Of a DNA stretch of 64,000 nt, positions 23,926 to 37,740 are shown piece after piece. Location of the stretch: assembly GCF_006345805.1 (NCBI RefSeq), contig NW_021832270.1, positions 1 through 64,000 on the forward strand, read 5' to 3'. The notes below the pieces were generated by a model, which had not been told where the DNA came from, did no database searches, and saw only the letters and a list, made by a program, of their open reading frames with translations. Source of the stretch: Octopus sinensis. Its lineage: Eukaryota. The position numbers and the translations under genes were made by a program. Positions within the stretch are counted from its first letter, which is position 1, and every line of letters begins with the position of its first letter.

Positions 23926-24884
23926 TCTGATTCTCAGTAATATTATTATTATTAATAATAATAATAATAATGATAATAATAATAATAAAAATAGTAATAC
24001 TAATAAATATTTTGCTGCGTAAGCTAAATGCACAGCTTGTCTGAGCGAACAAAATAACAAAGGAAGATGGTAAGAAAGAGAAGAAACGAGATGTGTCTAA
24101 GAGTTAAAGCCTGTTCCACAGTATTGCTTATTGCATTTGGTATCTGCTAAGTTATCGCCGGTCTCTAGTGTTTCTCATCTAGATGTTTGTCTGATATGTA
24201 TTCATTTCGTATTTAACTGACATTAAAATCAGCACTCATAAAATTTGATTATAGGAGATAAATAATCTCAGCCACCACGACCACCATCACCACCACGACC
24301 ACCTCCACTTCTCCATATGCACACACACACATTCTTTGTCTCTCTCTCTCTCTCTCTCATCCTCTCTTGCATATGCTGTCCCTCTCACACACATTCTGCG
24401 TTTGTCTCACAGACACACACATTCTTGGTCTCTTTCTCTCTCTCTCTCTCTCTTCCTCTCTTGCATATGCTGTCTCTCTCACACGCATCCTGCGTTTGTC
24501 TCACAGACACACTCTTTGTCTCTCTCTCTCTCACACACACTCACACACATGCTGTCTCTGTCTCTCTCACACGCATACATACAATTCCTCTGTCTATCTC
24601 ACCCCCCTCTCTCTGTTTGTTTCTCTCTCTCTCTCTTTCGCTTATACACACTTTCTGTCTTTCTCTCTTTCTTTGTCTCTGTCTCTCATACACCCTCTGT
24701 CTCTCACTCACTCTATCTCTCTCTCTTAGGTAGTGGTGTGAGAGGAAAGATAGAGTGAGAGAGGTGGGAGAAGGGAAAGACTTAAATTCTAAATTTCTTC
24801 AGGTAGATCAGATGTGTATGTATGTGTGTATATACGTGTATATATATATATATGTGTATGTATATGTGTATATATGTGTATATA

Positions 24885-24916
<32 letters not shown>

Positions 24917-25939
24917 ATGTGTATATATATGGTGTGTGTGTGTGTATGTATGTGCGTGTATATATATATATATGCACAGATATGTGTGCGTGTGTGTATA
25001 AATTCATACATATATGTGTATGTTTGTACACACACACATATTTATGTATGTGGATGGATGTATGTAGTTGTTGTTGTTGTTGGTGAAGGTTGTAGGAAGA
25101 TAATGTGGGGAAAGTGGAAACAAACAAGTAAACAAACAAACCAATAAACAAGTAAAAAAAAAATTTAAACAAATTAGGTATATTACCATCGTAAGAAAAG
25201 TGCTATTAGTTATGATAAAATTCAATTTCTTGGTCGGTTGTGGTGGCGGCAGGTGGAAGTGGGGAGTCGAAGAAGTTAGGAAGAAAAAAAAAGAAAAATT
25301 GGAAAAAAAAATAACAAAAATAAGAAATAAAATAGAAGGAAAAAAGAAAAATGAAAGGAAGAAAATTCACTTTTAACTAAACCTCAGAGTTGTTCTTTTT
25401 TTTTTTTTTTGAAAATTTTTGTATTATTATTATTATTATTATTGTTATTATTATTATTATTTTTATGTTTTGAAACTTTATCTGTTCTTGCGAATAAATT
25501 GGATTTTGGAATGTCATGAAACTGGAAAGATAATAATAGTAAAAACAGAAAGTAGGAGAACATGATGATGATGATGATGATGGTGATTGATTATATAATA
25601 TTAATGATGATGATGAGGATGAAAAATTTGGTTATGAATTCCAAAATGAGTTAAGCAAAGTAATATGAATGTATGTATGTTTTGTGTAGTACACGTGAAA
25701 TGTCTGTGTTGTGTTGAGAATTAGTCTAGCACCAGGGACCCATATTTAATCAGTTCTGTAGGGGTTAGATTAACATATTACTGTCTGTCTGTTTAATGAT
25801 GGAGAAAGAAATAAGTCATCTTCGATTTTTTTTTTCTTTTCTTTTCTTTCACAAAGGCTATGATGAGATAATGAGGAAACATAGTCACTTGATCTGCTAG
25901 AAACAATAGTTATATGTCCCTTACAGTATATATGTTGTT

Positions 25940-26620
25940 ATATGTTGGCATCCTTTTTGTCTCGGGAGACAATGGAGTTGCGCATAAAATAATCTTGTCC
26001 GGCTTTTACATTTCATGTCCTAATACATTTCCTGCAGTGGCTGTGTAGTCCTTCCTATCCTGGACAAACACTCCCTCTGGCAGGTGCCGCAAATGTAGCG
26101 AAGACTGTTCCTGGCTGGTTGTAATGTCATAGTTTCTTGTTGACGTCTTTTCTTGTCTTTCCATTTCTCCCCTCTCTCTCTCTGTCACTCCTTTGTGTTC
26201 CCTCTTTTACGGTACGTCGCCAATCTCCACGGTTGCTGGCAACTGCTTCCCAATTGCTAATATTGATGTTGCAGGCCTTCATGTCCCTTTTGCAAACATC
26301 CTTGTAACGTAAGAACGGTCTTCCCACAGACCTAGTACTCCTAGCAAGCTCTCCGTAGAGTATGTCCTTGGGGATTCTGCCATCTTTCATACGGCTAACA
26401 TGCCCAAGCCATCTCATACGTCTTTGTGTTAGGAGTGCAAACATGCTTGGTATTCCTGCTTGCTTGAGGACATCTTTGTTGGGGACATGATTCTGCCATT
26501 TTATGCGAAGGATTTTCTGGAGGCAGCGCAGGTGAAAGACCCCATTTATAGGAAGCAATATATCAAAGTTATTGAGCTCACCCTCTGACTGAAGACTTGG
26601 TTGGCCTGAATGCTTGCTGT
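25940..26620 (-). pseudogene. RTE-clade LINE 3' fragment (post-RT region, C-terminal Cys finger, 3' UTR)
   Basis: FHLRCLQKILRIKWQNHVPNKDVLKQAGIPSMFALLTQRRMRWLGHVSRMKDGRIPKDILYGEL...RPFLRYKDVCKRDMK is a typical RTE/BovB-like sequence. A downstream frameshifted YICGTCQRECLSRIG motif follows. Confidence 0.9.
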
Positions 26621-26712
26621 AGAGCAAATCCTATTAAAAGCACTTGGAGTGGGGTGTGTGGAGGGGTTAAATTAAGTGAGGTATTAAGTCTACCACCAAA
26701 AATCCAGTACAA

Positions 26713-28540
26713 GCCATCCAATGGTCATCTGCAGAGTTGACGGTATGTAAAAGTCAGGTGTAGCATTTAAATCAGGTGAAACATTACATCTATGACCCAA
26801 GAACATGTACTAGCTATCCAATGGTCTTCTGCAGAGTTGGTGGTATGTAAAAGTCAGGTGTAGCATTTAAATCAGGTGAAACATTACGTCTATGACCCAA
26901 GAACATGTACTAGCTATCCAATGGTCTTCTGCAGAGTGGTGGTATGTAAAAGTCAGGTGTAGCATTTAAATCAGGTGAAACATTACGTCTATGACCCAAG
27001 AACATGTACTAGCTATCCAATGGTCTTCTGCAGAGTTGGTGGTATGTAAAAGTCAGGTGTAGCATTTAAATCAGGTGAAACATTACATCTATGACCCAAG
27101 AACATGTACTAGCTATCCAATGGTCTTCTGCAGAGTTGGTGGTATGTAAAAGTCAGGTGTAGCATTTAAATCAGGTGAAACATTACATCTATGACCCAAG
27201 AACATGTACTAGCTATCCAATGGTCTTCTGCAGAGTTGACGGTATGTAAAAGTCAGGTGTAGCATTTAAATCAGGTGAAACATTACATCTATGACCCAAG
27301 AACATGTACTAGCTATCCAATGGTCTTCTGCAGAGTTGATGGTATGTAAAAGTCAGGTGTAGCATTTAAATCAGGTGAAACATTACGTCTATGACCCAAG
27401 AACATGTAGTAGCTATCCAATGGTCTTCTGCAGAGTTGATGGTATGTAAAAGTCAGGTGGTAGCATTTAAATCAGGTGTGAAACATTACGTCTATGACCC
27501 AAGAACATGTAGTAGCTATCCAATGGTCTTCTGCAGAGTTGATGGTATGTAAAAGTCAGGTGTAGCATTTAAATCAGGTGAAACATTACGTCTATGACCC
27601 AAGAACATGTACTAGCTATCCAATGGTCTTCTGCAGAGTTGACGGTATGTAAAAGTCAGGTGTAGCATTTAAATCAGGTGAAACATTACGTCTATGACCC
27701 AAGAACATGTAGTAGCTATCCAATGGTCTTCTGCAGAGTTGATGGTATGTAAAAGTCAGGTGTAGCATTTAAATCAGGTGAAACATTATGTCTATGACCC
27801 AAGAACATGTACTAGCTATCCAATGGTCTTCTGCAGAGTTGATGGTATGTAAAAGTCAGGTGTAGCATTTAAATCAGGTGAAACATTACGTCTATGACCC
27901 AAGAACATGTACTAGCTATCCAATGGTCTTCTGCAGAGTTGATGGTATGTAAAAGTCAGGTGTAGCATTTAATCAGGTGAAACATTACGTCTATGACCCA
28001 AGAACATGTAGTAGCTATCCAATGGTCTTCTGCAGAGTTGATGGTATGTAAAAGTCAGGTGTAGCATTTAAATCAGGTGAAACATTACGTCTATGACCCA
28101 AGAACATGTACTAGCTATCCAATGGTCTTCTGCAGAGTTGACGGTATGTAAAAGTCAGGTGTAGCATTTAAATCAGGTGAAACATTACGTCTATGACCCA
28201 AAACATGTACTAGCTATCCAATGGTCTTCTGCAGAGTTGATGGTATGTAAAAGTCAGGTGTAGCATTTAAATCAGGTGAAACATTATGTCTATGACCCAA
28301 GAACATGTACTAGCTATCCAATGGTCTTCTGCAGAGTTGATGGTATGTAAAAGTCAGGTGTAGCATTTAAATCAGGTGAAACATTACGTCTATGACCCAA
28401 GAACATGTACTAGCTATCCAATGGTCTTCTGCAGAGTTGATGGTATGTAAAAGTCAGGTAGGTGTAGCATTTAAATCAGGTGAAACATTACATCTATGAC
28501 CCAAGAACATGTACTGGCCATCTGATTGTCTTCTGCAGTG
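26713..28540. repeat. 100-bp tandem satellite, 18 near-identical copies plus a partial
   Basis: Unit ctatccaatggtcttctgcagagttgatggtatgtaaaagtcaggtgtagcatttaaatcaggtgaaacattacgtctatgacccaagaacatgtactag, period 100 with a few indels. Confidence 0.97.
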
Positions 28541-30105
28541 TTTCCACATCTCCAGTTTCATTCCCTAGGCATATTTCTAGTCATTTGTATTTGTGGTGGC
28601 ATTCATCTGGAATGGGTGGAGCTGGCTCTGAACAACGAGTTCACTACGTCCGTCATGAATGCTGACCACATCTGACAGACACCTGCTGTTGAAGTTGCCC
28701 AACATCTTGGCATTTTAGCAGGCAAAGTAATGCATCTGTTTGAGGCCCAAATATCCAGCTTGTAAATTTTACACATGCCCCACTGGGAGACCAAGCGCAT
28801 TAGACAGTGGGGACCCTGGAGCTGTATTCATCATGTAGCTTAGTGGTTAGGGTGTTGCACTCACGGTCTAAAGATCATGGTTTCAATTCCATGGACCAGG
28901 CAGTGCATTGTGTTCTTTAGAAAAACACTTTATTTCACATTATTCCAGTTGACTCAGCAATGGATTGGCATCCTGTTCAGGGGGAATGTTCTGATTTGAG
29001 TCATATTTATGCGATGGAAACTGGGTTACTAGTCTTGTTAGTCCTAGCACTCGAGACAGTAACAACCACTGCTTGATGAAGATGAGCTTCACTCACGAAG
29101 CCTGTACAATAAGAAGTTATGTTAGAAGGCATTTTGCCACAGTGCCAAGACTGAGGGACCATACCTGGGGGACTATACCTGGAAACACAAGATCAAAATG
29201 GACTTCTTAAACGCATGGTCACGTGCGGTGTGCAACTATGTGTACATATTATTAACCTTTGGTTTTTATCAATTTCTTTTGTGCCTCTGTTATTTTGCCA
29301 TTCACTAGCATTTTATTGCGACGTCCAGGAATGTTGATTCAGACTCAAGTGATGTTTATATACTGGAAGACACTTGAGCAAAGAAAAAAAAAAAGAAAGA
29401 AAAGAAACAAGAAATTGTTCATTGTCTTTTTGTTCTTGCATTAGTAAAGAAACCAGATATTGATATATTTGAGTATTAACTTGTTTTTTCTGTGTATTGT
29501 CCTCATTCTTTAGAAAATTTCTTTAGAAAAAATACAAAATAAAATTACTTATTCTATGCTAAACATTTTCTCGTTTACCGAAAAATACCACCTGCAGTCT
29601 TTTGTAATTGTTTATTTTTTTCTGGTAAATAATATTCTTAAGTTATGTTGGAGTAATTCGATTTTTGTAGATTTTATTCAGAGGGGAACGTGTCAATTTT
29701 ATTTTATTGTTTACTTTTAAGAAAAGAAAATATGAAATGTGTGGATGATGTTTGCTGCTGCATAATTTTTAAGTCTTCTGGGAATGAATGTGGGGGATGG
29801 GCGGAAGCTGGAGGAAAGAAAGAAAGAAAGAAATCAGTGAAGTGGGTAATGATGTGTTGGATGAGGGGCTTCAGCCTGCCAGGAAAATAAAGGGCAGGGA
29901 CCGGGGCAGAGAAAGAGAGAGTAGGTTACTGGGGCATTAAAAGGTATTCTTTCCATTCAAAATTTGTCACATCTCAAAATAGGGGCCATGAAATATAATT
30001 TTCAAATGTGGTCATGAAATATTCTCTTCTACTGAAATTTTGTGGGAAGGGGGTCCAGCCGATTAGATCAACCCCAGTATGCAACTGGTATCTAATTTAT
30101 TATAT

Positions 30106-30340
30106 AAGGCGGTGAGCTGGCAGAAACGTTAGCACGCCGGGCGAAATGCGCAGCCGTATTTCGTCTGCCGCTACGTTCTGAGTTCAAATTCCATCGAGGT
30201 CGACTTTGCCTTTCATCCTTTCGTGGTCGATTAAATAAGTACCAGTTACGCACTGTGGTCGATATAATTGGCTTAATCCATTTGTCTGTCCTTGCTTGTC
30301 CTCTCTGTGTTTAGCCCCTTGTGGGTAGTAAAGAAATAGG
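30106..30340 (+). mobile_element. Family A SINE nested in an opposite-strand related SINE
   Basis: 15-bp TSD ggtat(c/t)taatttatt at 30087-30101 and 30339-30353. Confidence 0.85.
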
Positions 30341-30699
30341 TATTTAATTTATTGACCCTGAAAGGATGAAAGGCAAAGTCGACCTCGGTGGAATCTGAAC
30401 TCAGGATGTAAAGACAGACGAAATAGTAATATTATTAATAATCTTTTCTACTCTAGGCACAAAGGCCGAAATTTTTGGGGTGGAGGGTGGGGACAATCAA
30501 TTAGATCAACCCCAGTGTGCAACTGGTACTTAATTTATCAACCCCAGAAGAATGAAAGGCAAAGATGATCTTGGTGGAATTTGAACCCAGAATATAATGA
30601 TGGGCAAAATACCACTGAGCATATTACTCGGCATGCTAACAATTCTGCCAGCTCATTGCAACAATAATAAAAATAATAGTAATAATAATAATAATAATA

Positions 30700-30736
<37 letters not shown>

Positions 30737-31875
30737 TGTTTTAATTTTATTTCCTGTAGTACCTGCACATGATTCTGCTTATGTCAGTTCTTTTTGCCTC
30801 TGATTGTGTTTATGTCTGTCAGTCCGTCTGTCTGTCAGTCCGTCTCTCTGTCTGTCTGTCTGTCTAACTCTGTCTGCGTGCCTCCGTGTCTGTCTGTGCA
30901 ATGAGAGAGAGAGCAACGTCTGGACTTTTCGAGACAAACAAAAACTAAAAGATAAAAAAAAAAAACAAAAAGGAAAAGAAAGAAAGAAAATAATCGATAA
31001 ATTTTTCTTTCTTTTCTCTTCTCTCTTTCCTTCCTTTTTTTCCTTTTCCTTTCTTTCCTCCTCTTCCTCGACCCCCCCCCCCCACACTGCACCTCTTTTG
31101 CTTCCAGCTCTTTCCACTCAATTTACAAAACCCCCCAAATTCACCATTTTAAGTACCTGCAGTTGTTATCAGCAGCAATCTAAGACTTATTTAACGCAAA
31201 CTCTGATAAAGAAAAAAAAAAAAAACTTTGTTTCCTTTAAACTAGCTGGTAAAATCAAGGAGACAAACAACAACGACAATAATAATGATAATAATAATAA
31301 TAATAATGTTTTAATTTTATTTCCTGTAGTACCTGCACATGATTCTGCTTATGTCAGTTCTTTTGCCTCTGATTGTGTTTATGTCTGTCAGTCCGTCTGT
31401 CTGTCAGTCCGTCTCTCTGTCTGTCTGTCTGTCTAACTCTGTCTGCGTGCCTCCGTGTCTGTCTGTGCAATGAGAGAGAGAGCAACGTCTGGACTTTTCG
31501 AGACAAACAAAAACTAAAAGATAAAAAAAAAAAACAAAAAGGAAAAGAAAGAAAGAAAATAATCGATAAATTTTTCTTCTTTTCTCTTCTCTCTTTCCTT
31601 CCTTTTTTTCCTTTTCCTTTCTTTCCTCCTCTTCCTCGACCCCCCCCCCCCACACTGCACCTCTTTTGCTTCCAGCTCTTTCCACTCAATTTACAAAACC
31701 CCCCAAATTCACCATTTTAAGTACCTGCAGTTGTTATCAGCAGCAATCTAAGACTTATTTAACGCAAACTCTGATAAAGAAAAAAAAAAAAAACTTTGTT
31801 TCCTTTAAACTAGCTGGTAAAATCAAGGAGACAAACAACAACGACAATAATAATGATAATAATAATAATAATGAT
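30700..31875. repeat. Direct tandem duplication of about 570 bp with breakpoints in (AAT)n
   Basis: gttttaattttatttcctgtag starts at 30738 and 31308; the copies differ mostly in homopolymer lengths. Confidence 0.95.
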
Positions 31876-32043
31876 AATATTTGTGAAGAACCAACTAAAC
31901 TTGTATAGAGCTATTAGTATCTGGTAAAAATCAATAGGACAATTCTTCAAAATGAAACTAAAAATCCATCTTAACTGTAAGCACCTTCCTTTCTATACTG
32001 TTGCAGCTGCTGCTGCTGCTGCTACTACTACTACTACTACTGT

Positions 32044-32087
<44 letters not shown>

Positions 32088-32299
32088 AGTTTCTACTCGA
32101 TTTTTTTTGCCATCAGAAAAATGCATGTGTCTATGTAAGTGTATGAATATGTGTGATTGTGTCTATCTATGAATGTATATAAGTCTGTGTGTGTGGGTGG
32201 GTGGTTGGTGGGGTATACTTTCATTAAAAGGACAATACTCTGCCTTTGGTATTCAAGTACTATTTTCTCAAGTTTGTTTTGCATTTATGTGCTTCCTTG

Positions 32300-32335
<36 letters not shown>

Positions 32336-32424
32336 ATATTATATATATATATATATATACTTACAACATTTAATAAAATGATGTAGTACGAAACGATCGT
32401 ACCAAATTACTGGAGTCATACTTG

Positions 32425-32920
<496 letters not shown>

Positions 32921-33727
32921 CACTGGTGGTGCCCCAGCATGGTCACAGCTTCAAGGCTGAAACATATAAAAGAATAAAAGAATGCATACACACATACAAA
33001 CATGCTTGTGTGTGTGGTGTGTGGGTATGTGTATGTATATATATATAAATAAATGTCTGTTTACCTGTTTGTGTATGTATATATGTGTGTGTGTGTGTCG
33101 ACAAAGTGTGTGTGTATGTATAAGACCCGGCAAGCCAAATGAAACCATAATCTCGTGGCCTATGCCAGGGGCGTAACCAGCCCACTTATGCGTACCTTTT
33201 TCTTCTTTGGACACTAAAATTCTGGTTGCAAAGACCTGTTGAGGCAAGTGAAATCAATCAATCAAAAGCAAAATCAAAATCAAAATTAAATTCGATGACT
33301 GGCGTCCGTGCTAGCTGGCTGCAAAGAGCACCATACGAGCATGATCATTGACAGAGCGGCTAACCGGCTTCCGTGCCAGTGGCACATAAAAGGCCCCATT
33401 CGAGCATGGTCGTTACCAGCATTGCTTTATTGGCACTTGTGCCCGTGCTAGTAGGGTGCCAAAACATTATATGGTGATGATGATGATGAATATCAAACTA
33501 ATTTGTTTTTTAGTTTGATATACCATGTGGGCAGTGCCTGAAGATTGTGCTGAGATACCTCACGTTAAAAATACTGTCTAGCATGCTCCCATCACATGAA
33601 ACTAATTGTAGCACAAAAAACATATACTGTGTTTATTAAATAATACTTATCTCTCACCAGCTAAAGTCCTGTTTTTGTTGATCTTATCATCATGGAACTG
33701 TACATTTTATATATATATATATATATA

Positions 33728-34298
33728 TCATCATCATCATCATTTAACGTCCGCTTTCCATGCTAGCATGGGTTGGACGGTTCAACTGGGGTCTGGGGAG
33801 CCCGAAAGCTGCACCAGTCCAGTCAGATCTGGCAGTGTTTCTACAGCTGGATGCCCTTCCTAACGCCAACCACTCCGAGAGTGTAGTGGGTGATTTTATG
33901 TGCCACCGACACAGGTGCCAGACGAGGCTGGCAAACGGCCACGCTCGGATGGTGTTTTTTATGTGCCACCGACACAGGTGCCAGACGAGGCTGGCAGACG
34001 GCCACGCTCGGATGGTGTTTTTTATGTGCCACCGACACAGGTGCCAGGCGAGGCTGGCAGACGGCCACGCTCGGATGGTGTTTTTTATGTGCCACCGACA
34101 CAGGTGCCAGACGAGGCTGGCAGACGGCCACGCTCGGATGGTGTTTTTTATGTGCCACCGACACAGGTGCCAGACGAGGCTGGCAGACGGCCACGCTCGG
34201 ATGGTGTTTTTTATGTGCCACCGACACAGGTGCCAGACGAGGCTGGCAGACGGCCACGCTCGGATGGTGTTTTTATGTGCCACCGACACAGGTGCCAG
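33728..34298 (-). mobile_element. Family B SINE-like element with an expanded 63-bp internal tandem array (6 full copies plus a partial)
   Basis: tgccaccgacacaggtgccagacgagg recurs at 33901, 33964, 34027, 34090, 34153, 34216 and 34278. Confidence 0.9.
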
Positions 34299-34824
34299 AC
34301 ATATATATATATGCATATAACAGTAGATGTAAACACATTTTTGTAACTTACATAAACACTCACATATTAGACATACATGTATACCTACATGCACTACAGT
34401 CTGTATCTGAAAGCGTCTCTCTCTTTGCTGTAATTCGACTCTGCAAGTGTAATTCCTTGAATGAACACAAAGGTTCAACAAGGAAACACTCGAGAATTTC
34501 ACCCATCCCCAACCTTTTACCATCTAGGACCATACACTATTAAATCATCTTTCATTGACATTGTTTTCTCTTCTTCCTCCCCCATCTTCACAACAAAGAC
34601 TCCTTCAGATCTATCGCATTTGGCTTTAATCTCCAAATAGAATTCTCTGCTCAAGTGTAAATCCAACAGCCAGTGTGTGCCGAATGTCATTACCTAATAC
34701 AAACTGTCCGACCCATGTCAGCATGGATGTTAAATGATGATGATGATATATGAGCCAGCCGCCATAATTGACTGCTAGCCACTAAAGCTTTATTTTTATT
34801 CTCTGTCTGTTTATTTTCTTGTGT

Positions 34825-34864
34825 TCTTTTCTGTTGAAGAGCCTAGGCTCGAAACGTAAAAGAC
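34825..34864 (+). ncRNA. Minimal hammerhead ribozyme-like motif, A6U variant (copy 1)
   Basis: UCUUUU-CUGUUGA-A-GAGC-CUAG-GCUC-GAAA-CG-UA-AAAGAC, with palindromic stem III ACGU. Confidence 0.55.
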
Positions 34865-35799
34865 TTTCTCACTTTCCCGAGTGTTAAACTAATACACCTC
34901 TTTGTATTTTATACATGTGTCTTTGTCTTTTGTTTTCTTGTGAACCACCTATTGATGCCATCCATTTTCTTAATGCTATATATATATATATATATAAACC
35001 ATGCTCTACTAAGTAGATTTTTTCACTGGCAGTGCCCAAGTATGGCCACAAGCCTAGGGCTGAAACATGTAGAAGAATACAAGAATAAAGTACTTTGACC
35101 TACATGGGGAGAGAGAAAGTTTGTTATGGCTCAAATAGTCTATTCAAGGAGAACTTTTGTGAGACCCCTTCCATCCATGACAACTCCAACTTTTACTGTG
35201 CCTCAGTTATACATAATATATCTAGGACAATATTATCTGATGTGTCTTTCCCTTTTTGCTCTTCAGGATAATAAGGAATATAATCTGAGGGAGATTTGAC
35301 TGCTATTTCATGTAGGTTGAGCAAATCATGTGTTGCCTTCCTCTTTCATATTTTCTCTGAAGTTGTTTACATCAAATAAGGAGCAGGTAGAGGGGGAGGA
35401 AGAGGAGGAGGTGAATATGTGAGTATTTTCTTGATACTAGGCCTGGATATGAGTTTAGGAGCTACTTAACAAATTGTATTCCTTGCCCCCCTTTTTTTTC
35501 TGAGAGTTCCTGATAATTGCCATTAGGTTTTTGTTTTCCTTCTCCAACTAAGAGGCACATTTCACATCATTGATTTTTCTTCTTTTTTTTTGGTTTTGTT
35601 TTTGTTAAATGTGCGGTAAGAAGGTTGCTTCTCAACTGTTTGGTCTCAAGTTCAGTCCTACTGCATGTCCAGCATCTTCTGTTAGGGCCTCAGGCTGACC
35701 AAAGCCTTGTAAGTGGATTTTAATAGATAGAGACTGAAAGAAAGCCATTGTGTGTATATGTGTGTGTATATATATATATATAATATATATATATATATA

Positions 35800-35844
<45 letters not shown>

Positions 35845-35847
<3 letters not shown>

Positions 35848-36137
35848 GAGGTGCAATGGCCCAGTGGTTAGAGCAGTGGACTCACGGTCGTAGGATCGCG
35901 ATTTCAATTCCCAGACCGGGCGTTGTGAGTGTTTATTGAGCGAAAACACCTAAAAGCTCCACGACGCTCTGGCAGGGTGTGGTGATCCCCGCTGTACTCT
36001 TTCACCACTCTTTCTCCCACTCTTTCTTCTGTTGGCTTGCTCGCTTAGCCAGCAGGGTGGCGTCATTCAAAGCTAAAACAATGCGAACGCATTGTGACCA
36101 GTGATGTGTAATAACATCTGATGGTCTGGTCGGTCAT

Positions 36138-36140
<3 letters not shown>
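35845..36140 (+). mobile_element. tRNA-derived SINE, family C, inserted in the (TA)n of a family E SINE (35605-35760 and 36190-36425)
   Basis: ggaggtgcaatggcccagtggttagagcag...gatttcaattccc head; near-copy at 49966-50270. Confidence 0.8.
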
Positions 36141-36181
<41 letters not shown>

Positions 36182-37519
36182 TATATGTGTGTGTGTGTGT
36201 GAGTCTTTGTGTCTGTTTGTTCCCCACAACTGCATGACAACCAGTGTTGGTGTGTTTACATCTCCATGACTTAGCAGCTCAGCTAGAGACATCGATGGAG
36301 TAAGTACCAGGTTTAAAAAAAAAAAAATCGAAAACAAGTCCTGGAGTTGATTCATTTCATTTAAACCTCTTCAAGGCAGTGCCCCAGCATGGCCGCAGCC
36401 TAATGCCCGACACAAGTAAAAGAATGCATCCATCATTTAGTACATGACCACCTATCTGAATTTTTGGAATTCATGCCATTGATCACCCATTTGAGTTACC
36501 TCCCTTAGATCATGCGTAGTAAATTATCTAATATCAAATAAAATTCATTGTTTTTTATAAACCAAACAGCAGAATATAGTGACCCATATTTAAGGCAGCA
36601 TTTGAACATGTTTGATATGTGAGATCCTGACAGACTTTTGGGACGCCTGGCTCTCTCAACCAAACAGCGTTGTATTTGGTGTCCCGTATGTAAAGCCGGA
36701 TTTCAACATGTTGAGTATCTGAAATCCAGACTGACTTATGAGACACATTGCTTCTCTCAGCCAAGCAAAAGTATCTGGTGACCCGTATGAAATTCAGCAT
36801 TTGAGCATGTTTAATATCTAAAATTCTGACAGACTTATGAGACACTATGTATGTGTGTATCTGTCTGTGTGTGTGTGTGTGCATGTGTGTGCGTGCACAT
36901 GTGCATTTGGAATGTATCTGTTACTTGTATGTGTACATGGGATTATATATATGTGTGTGAATTTCTGTGCATATGATTGTGTCAGTATTTCTCTATATGT
37001 ATGTGTATTCATGTTATATACGTATGTGCTTGTCTGTGTGTGTGTGTGTTCATGTGCACATGTATATATATGTGTGCCTGTATCTATATATTTGTGCATA
37101 TAAGTATGTACATGTGATCATTTATGTGTGTGCATGTGTGTTTGTACAGGTATGTAAATGTACGTGTGGGTTGCATATGTTTGCATTTCTATTGTTACTG
37201 CAATTCCATACACATTTGTGAATATATGTGCATTTGTGTCTGTGCAAATTCGCTGATTTTTATATATATATATGCATGTCTCAAGTGAATACACAACTTT
37301 GTATTTTGAGTTGTGTGTTTGTGAAAATTTTGCAGCTTTAATAAAAGCACATTACTCTACCTTTGGTAGTCAAGTACTATTTTTTTTTCCACCCTGTTTT
37401 GCATTTATGTGCTTCCTTATGTGTGAGTATGTACAAATTGTGATACAGCTATTGTTCACAGCAGGACATGCGCAACCTGTGGGAAGGTGTGCCTTTCGTT
37501 TAGAGGATTGAAAACGCAT

Positions 37520-37740
37520 GTCAAGTATGGACTTGACAGAGCAAAAAATTGGTACGACCACAAACCTGAAGGCATTGTCGAAAATAGAAATGCAAAGATC
37601 CTAAGGGATTTTATGATCTAGTGCGACCATGAGATTGAGAATAGGAAGCTAGATATAGTCTTAATTGAGAAAGAAAACAAACTATGCTGGATCATAGACA
37701 TAGCATGCTCAGATGACAAGGTATGTGATAAGGAAGAAAG
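37520..37740 (+). pseudogene. R4/Dong-clade LINE fragment, restriction-like endonuclease core
   Basis: My translation is VKYGLDRAKNWYDHKPEGIVENRNAKILRDFMI*CDHEIENRKLDIVLIEKENKLCWIIDIACSDDKVCDKEE, matching WY.H.PE..VEN...KILWDF.IQ.DH.I..R.PDIV...K....IID. It has one in-frame stop and is missing from the ORF track. Confidence 0.85.

Noticed and set aside
26713-28540. CRISPR-like appearance of the 100-bp, 63-bp and 37-bp arrays
   Set aside because: The units are contiguous with no unique spacers, there are no cas genes, and the context is eukaryotic.
33744-34543. Long ORFs (up to 259 aa) with 21-aa repeats
   Set aside because: The 63-bp unit is a multiple of three and lies within a SINE-like element; it is open in several frames on both strands.
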